From positions 1 through 64,000 of IMG/VR virus record IMGVR_UViG_3300009873_000007: a stretch of 64,000 nucleotides of DNA. One strand, written 5' to 3'. Position numbers and translations under genes: made by a program. Position 1 is the stretch's first letter, and each line of letters begins with the position of its first letter. A model generated the notes under the pieces. It saw nothing but the letters and a program-made list of their open reading frames with translations. It searched no databases and was not told the DNA's origin. Source of the DNA: a virus (taxonomy: Duplodnaviria; Caudoviricetes). Positions 8,365 through 18,221 of the stretch are shown here, in pieces.

Positions 8365-8530
8365 CCTGATTTTAGCCGGCCACACCTCATACAAGGAATT
8401 AGCACGATTGTGCGAGGTGAGTCCACGAACGATACACGCACATCTGGCCGGAGCGTACAAGAGGCTAAACGTACATAAGATGACACAGTTGGTGGCAGTA
8501 ATCGCAGGAGGCACAAATGGACATGATTAA
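8327..8530 (+). CDS. LuxR-type HTH protein
   Basis: LTPKQRQIVDLI...ELARLCEVSPRTIHAHLAGAYKRLNV. Confidence 0.75.
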   Translation: MNQLTPKQRQIVDLILAGHTSYKELARLCEVSPRTIHAHLAGAYKRLNVHKMTQLVAVIAGGTNGHD

Positions 8531-8717
8531 ACCGAATGTCCCTGTCAGCATCACCACCCGCACGCCACAGCATCGCAATTTTCGCACCTACGGCGTACTG
8601 ACGGCGGTACGTGGTGGATATGCCAAAGTGCGGCTGTACGGTGGCCGTGAAGTCGTGCGGCGAATTGAGGATGTGAGGTTTGAGGCGCAACCACAGACGC
8701 AGGAGGTGCAGCGGTGA
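8517..8717 (+). CDS. hypothetical protein (small beta-rich)
   Basis: AGGAGG SD, coupled ORF. Confidence 0.65.
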   Translation: MDMIKPNVPVSITTRTPQHRNFRTYGVLTAVRGGYAKVRLYGGREVVRRIEDVRFEAQPQTQEVQR

Positions 8718-8989
8718 CGTGGACAGAGATCGCCAACATACTTGAACAATGCACCATCAGCCTTAATTATGCCAGCGCAACGGTATCACTAATAAAACAA
8801 GCGTTGACGCAGAAAGAAGCGGAGACCAACGAATTGCGTCAACGCCTCGCACGCATGACAGCAGCGGCGACCTGTGACCTCAGCGACCATCGCACCGAGC
8901 TAGACGGCAATTACTATGTGCCGTATGCGGTGGCGCAGGATGCGATAACGGCGCTACGAGCGAGGGTGGCGGAGTCGGAGGCGAAGTAG
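8714..8989 (+). CDS. hypothetical coiled-coil protein
   Basis: AGGAGG SD, GTG start. Confidence 0.6.
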   Translation: MTWTEIANILEQCTISLNYASATVSLIKQALTQKEAETNELRQRLARMTAAATCDLSDHRTELDGNYYVPYAVAQDAITALRARVAESEAK

Positions 8990-9031
8990 CGGCGATTGGT
9001 AGGGCATAGAACACGAAGAAAGGACACAACA

Positions 9032-9985
9032 ATGAGTATGTTTAAGAAAGCCACGAAACACGAAGCAAAATTGAGAATGGCGATTGCAGGGCCATCTGGT
9101 GCGGGCAAAACCTACACAGCATTGACGCTGGCAACCGAACTCGCCAACGGCAAACCTATTGCGCTGGTTGACACCGAACATGGCAGCGCCAGCAAGTATG
9201 CCGATTTATTTGAGTTCGATGTAATGGAGATGTCTCCACCGTATCATCCTGACCGGTACGGCGAGGCCATCAAAGACGCTGCTGCTGCCGGCTATGGCGT
9301 GCTGATTCTGGACAGCCTCACGCACGCATGGAAAGGCGAGGGTGGCATGTTGGAACTGGTGACGGAGATCGCCAAGCGCAAGTATGGCGGCAACTCCTAC
9401 GCCGCATGGAATGACGCCACACCGGTTCAAAAGCGCCTGATTGAGTCTATCATCAGCGCACCGATCCACATTATCGCCACCATGCGCAGCAAAATGGATT
9501 ACGTGCAGGAAAAAGACGAGCGGGGTAAATCTGTGATTCGCAAGGTCGGCATGGCTCCTGAGCAGCGAGACGATATGCCGTATGAGTTCGATGTCATGCT
9601 CGATATGAATATCGACAATGAGGCCATTGTCACCAAGACCAGATGCCCGGCACTAACCGGCAAAGTGATTGCCAAGCCAGGTAAGCAGGTAGCCGACATC
9701 CTTAATCAATGGCTGCAAGGTGCGCCAGCGCCGCAAGTCACCACGAACGGACATGCCAACGGCAATGGTGTGCTACTCGAACAACTCCACAAACTAGGCG
9801 GCGAGCTATACGGCGATCAGTGGACGCAGGTATGCCGCCACAATGCCGAACGCATCAGCAACGGTGTGACCGTAGACGCCAACGCACTGAACACCGAACA
9901 GGTGCAAAAGCTCATCAATGGACTGCAAAGCCTGAAGCGCAAACGACAAGCGCCGGATAACGCATTAGAACAGGAGGCAGCGTAA
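9032..9985 (+). CDS. phage AAA ATPase (AAA_24/Sak4-like annealing protein)
   Basis: GPSGAGKT Walker A, VDTE, ILDSLTH Walker B, YEFD; directly upstream of ssb. Confidence 0.8.
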   Translation: MSMFKKATKHEAKLRMAIAGPSGAGKTYTALTLATELANGKPIALVDTEHGSASKYADLFEFDVMEMSPPYHPDRYGEAIKDAAAAGYGVLILDSLTHAWKGEGGMLELVTEIAKRKYGGNSYAAWNDATPVQKRLIESIISAPIHIIATMRSKMDYVQEKDERGKSVIRKVGMAPEQRDDMPYEFDVMLDMNIDNEAIVTKTRCPALTGKVIAKPGKQVADILNQWLQGAPAPQVTTNGHANGNGVLLEQLHKLGGELYGDQWTQVCRHNAERISNGVTVDANALNTEQVQKLINGLQSLKRKRQAPDNALEQEAA

Positions 9986-10393
9986 GTGTTCCAGCAAACA
10001 ACTTTAGTCGGCAATGTCGGTAATCCACCGGACATGAGATATACACCCAGCGGTGTACCGGTTTGTACGTTCTCACTAGCTGTCAATAAGTCTTGGATGG
10101 ATGCCAACGGCAATAAGCAGGATAAAACAACGTGGTGGCGTGTGACCTGTTGGCGCAAGCTGGCCGAAACTGTAAGCCAGTATGTGACCAAAGGAATGCG
10201 GGTGCTGGTGGTGGGTGAGGATGTAGAAGCCAGAGCCTACACCAACAGAGCCGGTGAAGCCGCTGCCAGTTTGGAAATCACGGCAAACGTGGTGCGCTTC
10301 CTCAGTGCCAAGAATGAGAACAACCACGGCGCAGAATCAGCGCCACAGGCTGTACAGGATGCACCTGGCAGCGATATGGATGTGCCTTTTTGA
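9986..10393 (+). CDS. ssb: single-stranded DNA-binding protein
   Basis: LVGNVG..PDMRYTPSG..VCTFSLAVN...WWRVTCWRKLAE; acidic tail DMDVPF. Confidence 0.95.
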   Translation: MFQQTTLVGNVGNPPDMRYTPSGVPVCTFSLAVNKSWMDANGNKQDKTTWWRVTCWRKLAETVSQYVTKGMRVLVVGEDVEARAYTNRAGEAAASLEITANVVRFLSAKNENNHGAESAPQAVQDAPGSDMDVPF

Positions 10394-10402
10394 GATAAGC
10401 AG

Positions 10403-10838
10403 ATGAATCAGAAAGAATGCTTTGTTTGTCACCAAATGAAATCGTTAACCGAGTTTTACCGCCACCCTCGGATGGGAGATGGACATCTCAACAAGTGCAA
10501 GGAATGTACCAAGAGAGATGTCAAGAACAACTATGCTGCACGCAGAGAACATTACTCGGCATACGAACACGAACGCAACCAAGAACCTGAGCGTAAACGC
10601 AAGAGGCTTGACTATCAAAGAACACGTCGCCTGCGTTTTCCTGAGAAATACAAGGCACGACAGGCGGTAAGTAATGCACTGCGGACGCATTGATCGTCAA
10701 CCGTGTCACTTTTGCGGCAATCACGAATCGCAAGCACACCACACGGATTACAGCAAGCCGCTGGACGTGGAATGGGTATGCTTCAAGTGCCATCGGGAAC
10801 ATTATCACGGTCAGACGGTAGTTGCAGAAACTTTTTGA
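10403..10838 (+). pseudogene. frameshifted HNH-like Zn-finger protein
   Basis: Frame 1 ends ...AVSNALRTH*; another frame from 10686 reads [39 protein letters not shown]. Confidence 0.75.
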
Positions 10839-10932
10839 TATTGATTCTCGCCTACTCGTGACAAGCGTTGGCCGTGAAGCTGCCGGACATTCGCCAACAA
10901 TCCGGCATAGACGGTAGGTGGGATGACCAAAG

Positions 10933-11169
10933 GTGATGACCATGAACCTAGATTTTGCGCCACTAGATGAAGCGTTTGATCTTGACGATTACGAATGGAT
11001 GAACCGCAACGCACCCAACCACATGGCCGCTATCGAGCGCATGTTGGCACAAGGCGCAACAATTGAGCAGATTAAAGAACGTGCGCAGCGCCGGGTGCAT
11101 ATCAATCGGGAACCATTCGTCAAACGGTGCGAAGGTGCGGCACGGTACGTGATGAGCCGGAGAGGGTGA
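10933..11169 (+). CDS. hypothetical protein
   Basis: ORF with AAGG SD in operon. Confidence 0.6.
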   Translation: MMTMNLDFAPLDEAFDLDDYEWMNRNAPNHMAAIERMLAQGATIEQIKERAQRRVHINREPFVKRCEGAARYVMSRRG

Positions 11170-11172
11170 GCT

Positions 11173-11838
11173 ATGACGAATGAAGTGTTAGCCTTGAATG
11201 AACATAATCGACTGGTAGAATTAGAGCGAACGATTGAAGCGGGACTAAAGACATTTGTAATTGTTGGTTCGGCACTGATTGAAATCAACAATGGTCGTCT
11301 ATACCGTTCTACACATGATACATTCGAGCGTTATTTGGCCGACCGATGGCCCGATATCAGTAGACGACGGGCCTATCAATTGATGGACACTGCCGCAGTA
11401 GTTGGCAATATCACCGACGATGTGAAAAATTTTTCACATCGTGAATCCCATGTTGCTCCACTTGCCCAACTCCCGGCTGATATTCAACCAGAGGTGTTTA
11501 AGAAGGCGGTAGAGACAGCACCTAACGGCAAGGTCACAGCCAAGCACGTTGAACGCACGGTCAAGGCATATCAGCGACAATCAGAGCCGGATGAAGATAA
11601 GCAGTTTTTAGACGAGTTAGCGGGGGATGGTTACGAATGGTCAGATGACCAAGAAAAGGAGGATAAGCCGGCCATCGAACTAGACGAGGAAGAACAACGC
11701 AACGCATATTTTTTTGGGTTATTTCAGGACGGGGAACGGCTATATAACCACTGGTTTGACGCCGAATTACCAGAGAGTCGCAAGAAGTACCGAGAGCAGT
11801 TGTGTGCGTTGATGGAACGTGTTGATAAGGAAAGATGA
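11173..11838 (+). CDS. hypothetical helical DNA-binding protein
   Basis: LE..IE.GL..F..VG.AL.EI...RLY...H.TFE.Y N-terminus common in phage replication regions. Confidence 0.7.
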   Translation: MTNEVLALNEHNRLVELERTIEAGLKTFVIVGSALIEINNGRLYRSTHDTFERYLADRWPDISRRRAYQLMDTAAVVGNITDDVKNFSHRESHVAPLAQLPADIQPEVFKKAVETAPNGKVTAKHVERTVKAYQRQSEPDEDKQFLDELAGDGYEWSDDQEKEDKPAIELDEEEQRNAYFFGLFQDGERLYNHWFDAELPESRKKYREQLCALMERVDKER

Positions 11839-11841
11839 GAG

Positions 11842-12639
11842 ATGCTAAACAATCCAGTGTACATCATCCACGAAACAACAGATTATGACAAGTTTCACGT
11901 TGATAAGACCAACCGACCTATCAAGTATGGTCATTTGCAGCGCATGAAAGCCGCTATCCGTGAAAAAAATTTCTTGTCTGAATTTCCGATTGTTGTTGAT
12001 GCCGATATGAATCTGTTGGATGGTCAACACAGACTGGCGGCAGCTAGAGAGTTGGATGTACCGGTCTATTACATCGTATCAAATACGATGCGCTTGCGAG
12101 ATGTGCCGGGAGTCAATGACGTTCATTTGGGCTGGACACAGCCCGATCATCTGCATCACTACGTCGAAAAGAGCTATCCTGACTATATCGCCTTGCAGCG
12201 ATTTACCCAACAGTTCCCCGAAATCAAACTGAGCGATGCGATTGAACTTTGCCACCTGAACGGCAACAAAGATGGTGGCTGGTATGGCGATATTGCGCTT
12301 GGCAAAAAACAGGTTATCGCCATGTTTGTTGCCGGTGATTACACCGTCAACAACCTCCCTTTTGCCGAAAAGGTGGCGTCAGCCGTGCGTGATTTCAAAG
12401 TGTATATGAAGACGCACTACAAGCAACGTCAGTTTGTTCGAGCTATCGCCAACCTCATTGCTCACCCTCAATATGATCACGGTCGCATGATGCAAAAAAT
12501 GGAATACCTCAGCGCAAAGTTGCGGCCATGCGTCTCTACATCTGACTATCTGCTCCTCCTGAGCGAAATCTATAATTACAAAGTCAGACCAAAGGACGTA
12601 GTTGAGTTCAAGATTCGTGGCAAGAAAGAAACGGTGTAG
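11842..12639 (+). CDS. ParB N-terminal-like domain protein
   Basis: NRPI...PIVVD...LLDGQHRL. Confidence 0.7.
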   Translation: MLNNPVYIIHETTDYDKFHVDKTNRPIKYGHLQRMKAAIREKNFLSEFPIVVDADMNLLDGQHRLAAARELDVPVYYIVSNTMRLRDVPGVNDVHLGWTQPDHLHHYVEKSYPDYIALQRFTQQFPEIKLSDAIELCHLNGNKDGGWYGDIALGKKQVIAMFVAGDYTVNNLPFAEKVASAVRDFKVYMKTHYKQRQFVRAIANLIAHPQYDHGRMMQKMEYLSAKLRPCVSTSDYLLLLSEIYNYKVRPKDVVEFKIRGKKETV

Positions 12640-12670
12640 GTCAAAACCCCAGTAGATTTGGAGAAGCAAC

Positions 12671-13702
12671 ATGGCACGCAGGATGATTGATGCCTCTCTT
12701 TGGCAAAGTGAAAGTTTCGCAGAATTGCCGTTTGGTGCAAGGCTGCTTCAGGTCGGCATGATAAATTTGGCCGATGATCAAGGCCGCATCAAAGCGCATC
12801 CTTCATACCTGCGTGCGCAAATATTCCCGTATGACGATATTCCAAACGCCGAGATCCAATCTTGGCTAGAAATGATTCACCGTCACGAAACCATCATCCT
12901 ATACACCGTGGACGGCAAACAATTCGCACAATTAACCAACTGGTGGAAGTATCAATCCCTTCAGTATGCGCAGCCGTCGCAATATCCCCGACCCGAAGGC
13001 TGGCAGGATCGCATTCGCAAGACCTTTACCAAAGGCAACATCGTTACTTGCAACTGGTACACCGTAGACGGCAACCGGGTGGAAGATACCTGCGACATGG
13101 ATGGAAACCCATTACCAAAGGTTGTCAAAACGCCGTCAGTACCGTCCACCCCATCCACTAATGGTGTATCTGCCCAACATTCAGCTACAGTATCACCTGT
13201 TTATTCACCTGAATCATCACCTGAAGATACAAGATTAACTAAAGATAAAGAAGAAATTACAACTACACTACCATGCGCGCGCGGGGCGGAACCGGAAGAA
13301 CAGCCGAACAATGGTGGTGGTAGTGGTGGCGCTTCGCTTCTGGAACCACCAAAACTGGCTAATCGGCAAAACGATCCTGATTATGCGAAGGTTTGCACCG
13401 CTATTGAAAGCAATGGCTTTGGGTTTATGACGCCGTTTTTGGCTGAGGAGGTTGGCGAATTACTCAACGAATACCCGCTTCAGTGGATTTTGGATGCCAT
13501 GCGGGTATCGGTTGAAGCCAACAAGCGCCAAATGCGCTATGTGCGGGGCATCCTGCGGAAATGGAGGGCTGACGGTCGTGATCCGTCACAGTCGGCAGTT
13601 TCGCAGGTGCAATCATCGTCACCGGCGCAGCCTGAAGTGTTCGTCATGCCCGCCGCCGCCCGTGTGCTTCGTGACCGTGCGCAAAGTCTTTCGCTACAGT
13701 AG
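12671..13702 (+). CDS. replication initiator with C-terminal DnaD-like domain
   Basis: ARRMI...ADDQGR N-terminus; WILDAMRVSVEANKRQMRYVRGILRKW DnaD signature. Confidence 0.85.
   Translation: MARRMIDASLWQSESFAELPFGARLLQVGMINLADDQGRIKAHPSYLRAQIFPYDDIPNAEIQSWLEMIHRHETIILYTVDGKQFAQLTNWWKYQSLQYAQPSQYPRPEGWQDRIRKTFTKGNIVTCNWYTVDGNRVEDTCDMDGNPLPKVVKTPSVPSTPSTNGVSAQHSATVSPVYSPESSPEDTRLTKDKEEITTTLPCARGAEPEEQPNNGGGSGGASLLEPPKLANRQNDPDYAKVCTAIESNGFGFMTPFLAEEVGELLNEYPLQWILDAMRVSVEANKRQMRYVRGILRKWRADGRDPSQSAVSQVQSSSPAQPEVFVMPAAARVLRDRAQSLSLQ
13193..13266. other. putative replication origin inside the initiator gene
   Basis: Three TCACCTG direct repeats at 12-bp spacing (13193, 13205, 13217) followed by an A-rich tract. 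Confidence 0.55.
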
Positions 13703-13710
13703 GAGGGATT

Positions 13711-15072
13711 ATGTCTGCTGGTTTGCCGTATCCTGCGAATCTGGAAGCTGAACAAGCCGTTCTCGGTTCAATTATGATTGACCCGGAACTGATGACAGTG
13801 ATTGAGCTAAACGATAAAGATTTTTTTGGAGAGCGTCATCAGGTCATCTATCAGTCGATGCGCAGTTTGTGGGATAGCGGAATGCCGATTGACTTTACGC
13901 TACTCACAGATGAGATTGAACGTACCGGTAAACTAGGAACGATTGTTACCACCAGCGATCTATCATCGCTGCTCGACAACACGCCAACGGCGCTGTACGG
14001 CCAGCACTACGCAGCGATTGTCAAGCGTGCGTCAATTGCTCGTCAGTACATCTATATGGCGCAAAAGCTAGTAGAGATGGCATTTGAGGATCAGAATGTT
14101 GATACGCTGTACTCGTGGATTATGGAGCAGGTTGCCATTATCAACAGTGGCAAGACCGACGACAAGGCGCTGATGTTGTGGGAAGAATCGTTTGAGGTCT
14201 TTCGTCAGATTTTAGCAGAGCAACAAGCACGATTAGACGAAGGTGATGCCGGTTGGACATGGCCGTGGGATTCTTGGACAAGCATTTTAGGTGAGGCGCA
14301 GCCAGGTATGCCGGTGCTAGGCGCAGCGGCTACCGGTGTTGGCAAAACAACATTTGTGGAATGTATTGCCGAACACTGGGCAAGACAGGGTAAGCGGGTG
14401 GTCATTGTTCATCTGGAATTGAACCGCAAAATCATGTTGGCACGGCGCATGACCCGGCACACAGCGATTGATGTACGCTCTATTCTGAGTGGTAAGTTAG
14501 TGCCGGCGCAAATGCAGGTGATTGACCAAGCCGATAGATTTATGCAGGACTGGATCGGCAATATTCACTACTTGCACGCTCCGGGGTGGAGTGCAGAGCG
14601 TATCGTCAAGGAATTGACCAAACTGTATGAGCAGGGCGCTTGCGATGGTTTTTTGATTGATTATATGCAAAAGGTACAGCCAAGCCAGAATCAAGTGCGT
14701 ATGTTCCGTGACAATATCTATGCTCGGCAAGCCGACGATGCCGAACGGTTTAAGACGCTGGCAGAATCCAAAGAGATACGATGTTTTCTTTTAAGCCAGC
14801 TGACCAAAGAGGCACAAGACATCCAGTTTGATTTGCTATCGCTGTCGAATCTACGAGGTACGCAAGAAGTAGCGGATAAGGTCAATGTGGTGGCTTTGTT
14901 CCACCGGCAAACGTTAGCCGCCGGCAAGGTTGACGAGAATGGTAGAGAGTTGGTGCGGGCTGGTGGATTAGATGTGATTGTACGCACCAAGATTGACAAA
15001 AATACGCTTGGTGAACATGGCGCAATTGAGCAGGTGATTGTGCCGGAGCAGTTCAATATCTTTGATAAGTGA
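13711..15072 (+). CDS. dnaB: DnaB-like replicative helicase
   Basis: NLEAEQAVLGSI, AATGVGKT Walker A, IDYMQ, LSQL. Confidence 0.92.
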   Translation: MSAGLPYPANLEAEQAVLGSIMIDPELMTVIELNDKDFFGERHQVIYQSMRSLWDSGMPIDFTLLTDEIERTGKLGTIVTTSDLSSLLDNTPTALYGQHYAAIVKRASIARQYIYMAQKLVEMAFEDQNVDTLYSWIMEQVAIINSGKTDDKALMLWEESFEVFRQILAEQQARLDEGDAGWTWPWDSWTSILGEAQPGMPVLGAAATGVGKTTFVECIAEHWARQGKRVVIVHLELNRKIMLARRMTRHTAIDVRSILSGKLVPAQMQVIDQADRFMQDWIGNIHYLHAPGWSAERIVKELTKLYEQGACDGFLIDYMQKVQPSQNQVRMFRDNIYARQADDAERFKTLAESKEIRCFLLSQLTKEAQDIQFDLLSLSNLRGTQEVADKVNVVALFHRQTLAAGKVDENGRELVRAGGLDVIVRTKIDKNTLGEHGAIEQVIVPEQFNIFDK

Positions 15073-15076
15073 GGTT

Positions 15077-15418
15077 ATGAGATACACAATCGATTTACCA
15101 TATCCGCCTAGCAGCAATCGGTACTGGCGCAACTGGAATGGCCGCATGGTCAAATCCGACGAGGCGAGAAACTACCAGACGCAAGCCGGATGGTGCGCAA
15201 AAGCTGCCGGCGTTGAATTGTTCGATGGTAACGTGGCGCTGGAATTGCACCTGTACCGGCCACAGAAGCGGGGCGATCTTGATAATCGTATAAAGGTGCT
15301 TTTGGATTCCTTACAGGGTGTCTGCTTCGATAACGATAGTCAGGTTGTAGAACTACATGCGTTTCTAAATGACGATAAGCACAATCCACGGGTAGAAGTC
15401 ACGATTTGGGGAAAATAA
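15077..15418 (+). CDS. rusA: RusA-family Holliday junction resolvase
   Basis: LPYPPSSNRYWR, GDLDNRIKVLLDSL...DNDSQV. Confidence 0.92.
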   Translation: MRYTIDLPYPPSSNRYWRNWNGRMVKSDEARNYQTQAGWCAKAAGVELFDGNVALELHLYRPQKRGDLDNRIKVLLDSLQGVCFDNDSQVVELHAFLNDDKHNPRVEVTIWGK

Positions 15419-15420
15419 CC

Positions 15421-16584
15421 ATGCACTTATCCATCAACCAACCAACCCTACAGAAAGCCTTATCACTCGTCAGCAAAGCCGTCAATCCCCGTTCGTCGCT
15501 GCCAGTGTTGTCGAATGTGTTGCTCGAAGCCACCGAAGACGGTCTACGCATCGCAGCGACCAACCGAGCTATAGCGATCAGCGTGTGGTGTGTTGCCGAG
15601 GTTAAAGAGCCAGGTAGCACCACAGTACCGGCGAGATTGTTTCAGGAGTTCATCAATAGCCTGCCAGGTGAGGCTGTGTGGATGGAATTGAATAGCCGCA
15701 CAGAGACGCTACGGGTATCGACACGTCGCAACAATGCCAACATCAAAGGCATTAGTGCTGAGGATTTTCCGATCCTCCCGACCATCGGCAGTAGCGCAAT
15801 CGAGTTGGATGCAACCATACTCACCAGTATGATCGACAGCGTAACTTTTGCGGCCAGTGGTGATGAGTCAAGGCTGACACTAACAGGCGTGCTAGTCTCT
15901 GTGGATGTTGAAACCGGTGCTGGTATCGAGATGGCGGCCACTGACGGCTATCGATTGGCGACACGCAGCAATTTGCCGTTAGACACGAGTAGCATTATCA
16001 GTAGTGTGATTGTGCCATCGTCGCATCTTGACCACCTCTCTAAGCTGATGAGAGAAGCCGATAGCGCCGCCGCTGTTGGTTGTGAGATTAGCCAGGAGCG
16101 AAGCCAAATCATTTTTGATCTGACCTGCGATGCCGTCACGACAGGATTGCAGCGTATCGAGTTGAGTAGTGAGTTGATTGACGCCAAATACCCCGACTAC
16201 ATGATGATTGTGCCGAAAACGTGTGACACCTCGGTCACAGTGACAACCGCAGAATTACTAAATGCACTGAAGGTTGCGGCTCTGTTTGCTCGTGACGATA
16301 GTTTTCGTGTGTTCCTGCGTGTCCACGGCGGAGGTGTGGAAGTCAAGGCCACATCTCCGCACATGGGCGACTCGTGCAATGAGGTGGCGGCCACGGTGGA
16401 AGGCGATGGGCTAGAAATCGTCTTTGACGTGCGATACCTGATTGAGTCGTTGAATCATGTCAATGCCGATTCTGTGCGAGTTGAGTTCACGCACCCCACA
16501 CGACCGGCACAACTGTGCCCATCGGGAATGGAGTTTGAGAACTGGCGTCATGTGGTCATGCCGATGTTTCCGGGGAACCGATGA
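15421..16584 (+). CDS. dnaN: DNA polymerase III beta sliding clamp
   Basis: LPVLSNVLL, EDFP, ATDGYRLA, LIDAKYPDY..IVP, HVVMPM. Confidence 0.92.
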   Translation: MHLSINQPTLQKALSLVSKAVNPRSSLPVLSNVLLEATEDGLRIAATNRAIAISVWCVAEVKEPGSTTVPARLFQEFINSLPGEAVWMELNSRTETLRVSTRRNNANIKGISAEDFPILPTIGSSAIELDATILTSMIDSVTFAASGDESRLTLTGVLVSVDVETGAGIEMAATDGYRLATRSNLPLDTSSIISSVIVPSSHLDHLSKLMREADSAAAVGCEISQERSQIIFDLTCDAVTTGLQRIELSSELIDAKYPDYMMIVPKTCDTSVTVTTAELLNALKVAALFARDDSFRVFLRVHGGGVEVKATSPHMGDSCNEVAATVEGDGLEIVFDVRYLIESLNHVNADSVRVEFTHPTRPAQLCPSGMEFENWRHVVMPMFPGNR

Positions 16585-16859
16585 TGAGCAACGAATTGAC
16601 CAACGCTGAACGTGAGACGCATTTATCAATGATGGCAGATGACCGCAGCGTGTGGGTAGTATTCAGTGATGATCCTGTGATGATGCGGCATTTTGATAAG
16701 GTTGCCGAGGCTATCAAAGTTGTGGGCGCTGGCAAACAATACAAACTGCGTGCCGATCAACTTTCTTTCCGTAAAGGCAAGAAACAGCTATCGGAGACGC
16801 AAAAGGCACAATTAGCCGCCCGTATGCGTGCGTTGCGCCAAAACACAGTACGTGCTTAG
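16581..16859 (+). CDS. hypothetical protein
   Basis: Coupled ORF. Confidence 0.65.
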   Translation: MMSNELTNAERETHLSMMADDRSVWVVFSDDPVMMRHFDKVAEAIKVVGAGKQYKLRADQLSFRKGKKQLSETQKAQLAARMRALRQNTVRA

Positions 16860-16944
16860 AGAAAACAGGCAAACAGGGCATTCTGGAGGAGAAGCGGCGA
16901 CTAGGGTCAGCGATTGCACCAACATTGTTTGATGTGGAAATGGT

Positions 16945-17193
16945 ATGAGCGAACCGTGGGAGATTGAATTAAACGGTCATATCGAGCTATTGCACTTTGC
17001 GAACGGCACGTTCGAGGAGTACATACCATATCTGGCGGCCAAACAGATGATAGCGGCGTTGCATGAGCGGATAGCCGAGTTGGAGCGGCAAACGCAATGG
17101 CAGCCAGTGTCGGAGGATGTGTTGATCCATGCAAACGCTTATATCGCAGGGGTGTTTATGTCGCCGTGGAAGATTTGCCGTAAGGTGAGATGA
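16945..17193 (+). CDS. hypothetical protein
   Basis: ORF in operon. Confidence 0.55.
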   Translation: MSEPWEIELNGHIELLHFANGTFEEYIPYLAAKQMIAALHERIAELERQTQWQPVSEDVLIHANAYIAGVFMSPWKICRKVR

Positions 17194-17528
17194 TGATAAC
17201 TAAACTCCTGTCAACTATCCTGATTTTAACTTTCGTAATCCACATCCGCATCTATGCCGATCTCAATGTCAACGGTCAGCAAGACGATAACGAACCATAT
17301 CTGGCCGGTGTCCCTGTTGGTGTCCACAACTTCGATACCGGCACAATCATCACCGGTACATCAAATGAGACTGGCGAGTTTATCTCACAAAGCAGCGAGT
17401 ATGGTATCTGGCAAGTCACCGCTAGTTGCCACTGGATACGGTTGCGAGTGACGCCAGATGATGAGTTTGGCCTACTGGCGAGTGTTGGCGTTACTGAGTG
17501 CGTGTGGATGCCGGTGGTGCGCAAATGA
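17190..17528 (+). CDS. secreted SdrD-B/Cna-B-like protein
   Basis: Signal peptide; YADLNVNGQQDDNEPYLAGV.V; C-terminal VWMPVVRK. Confidence 0.7.
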   Translation: MMITKLLSTILILTFVIHIRIYADLNVNGQQDDNEPYLAGVPVGVHNFDTGTIITGTSNETGEFISQSSEYGIWQVTASCHWIRLRVTPDDEFGLLASVGVTECVWMPVVRK

Positions 17529-17788
17529 CACCTCACCTCGCTTGTCCACTAACCGATGCCACAGCGCCACTCTATGACGAACTCTACGCTATCAAGGCGC
17601 AATGGCGGCAAGAGACGGATCACCTGAAGCGATTAGCGTTACTGACGGTACTAGGCAAACTGACCCAACAACTCTGGAGGGAATCACGCAATGGCAATCA
17701 CTCTACCATCAATGACCGATCTCAAGAAAACCAGTCTCAACATTGCCGACAACGAGATGCGCAAGTTGGCGCAGACGCAGCAAGGTAG
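17525..17788 (+). CDS. hypothetical protein
   Basis: ATGA-coupled start. Confidence 0.45.
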   Translation: MTPHLACPLTDATAPLYDELYAIKAQWRQETDHLKRLALLTVLGKLTQQLWRESRNGNHSTINDRSQENQSQHCRQRDAQVGADAAR

Positions 17789-17936
17789 TCTGTCGCTACA
17801 GTATCATCTTGAGTCGGACACCTGGCATGGTACGATTGTAGGCGCATTCGGCTTGCGTACGGCGCACGGTGGGATTGTGGAGGTGATAGCCAGCCTACAG
17901 CGGATGCACGAGGATCGGATGAAAGAATCCGCATAA
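17691..17936 (+). CDS. hypothetical protein
   Basis: GGAGG SD. Confidence 0.6.
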   Translation: MAITLPSMTDLKKTSLNIADNEMRKLAQTQQGSLSLQYHLESDTWHGTIVGAFGLRTAHGGIVEVIASLQRMHEDRMKESA

Positions 17937-17958
17937 TGCGTTGCATGAATTTTCGTTA

Positions 17959-17987
17959 TTGTCAAGCGGCATAAATCGTGTTATGAT
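17959..17987 (+). promoter_or_regulatory. putative late promoter
   Basis: TTGTCA-17 nt-TATGAT. Confidence 0.6.
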
Positions 17988-17999
17988 AGAGGTGCAGGT

Positions 18000-18194
18000 G
18001 TGGAGCAGGGATACAAAGACGAGCGAATGAACCGAATCGCTCAACAATTGTTGGATAGGCTCATTCAGGATTTGACCAAAGAACTGCTGCCACTCCTGAA
18101 AAGTGATTGTCGATTTAAGGTTGAGATCAACAGTGGTAGCGAAAGAACCGTTGAGAAGCCGATAGGATTTGCTATCACGAAGCATATCAACTAA
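18000..18194 (+). CDS. small leader protein
   Basis: GAGGT SD, GTG start; lies between the promoter and a terminator. Confidence 0.6.
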   Translation: MEQGYKDERMNRIAQQLLDRLIQDLTKELLPLLKSDCRFKVEINSGSERTVEKPIGFAITKHIN

Positions 18195-18221
18195 CTGAAT
18201 AGCTGCGTAAACGGTAAAGCG

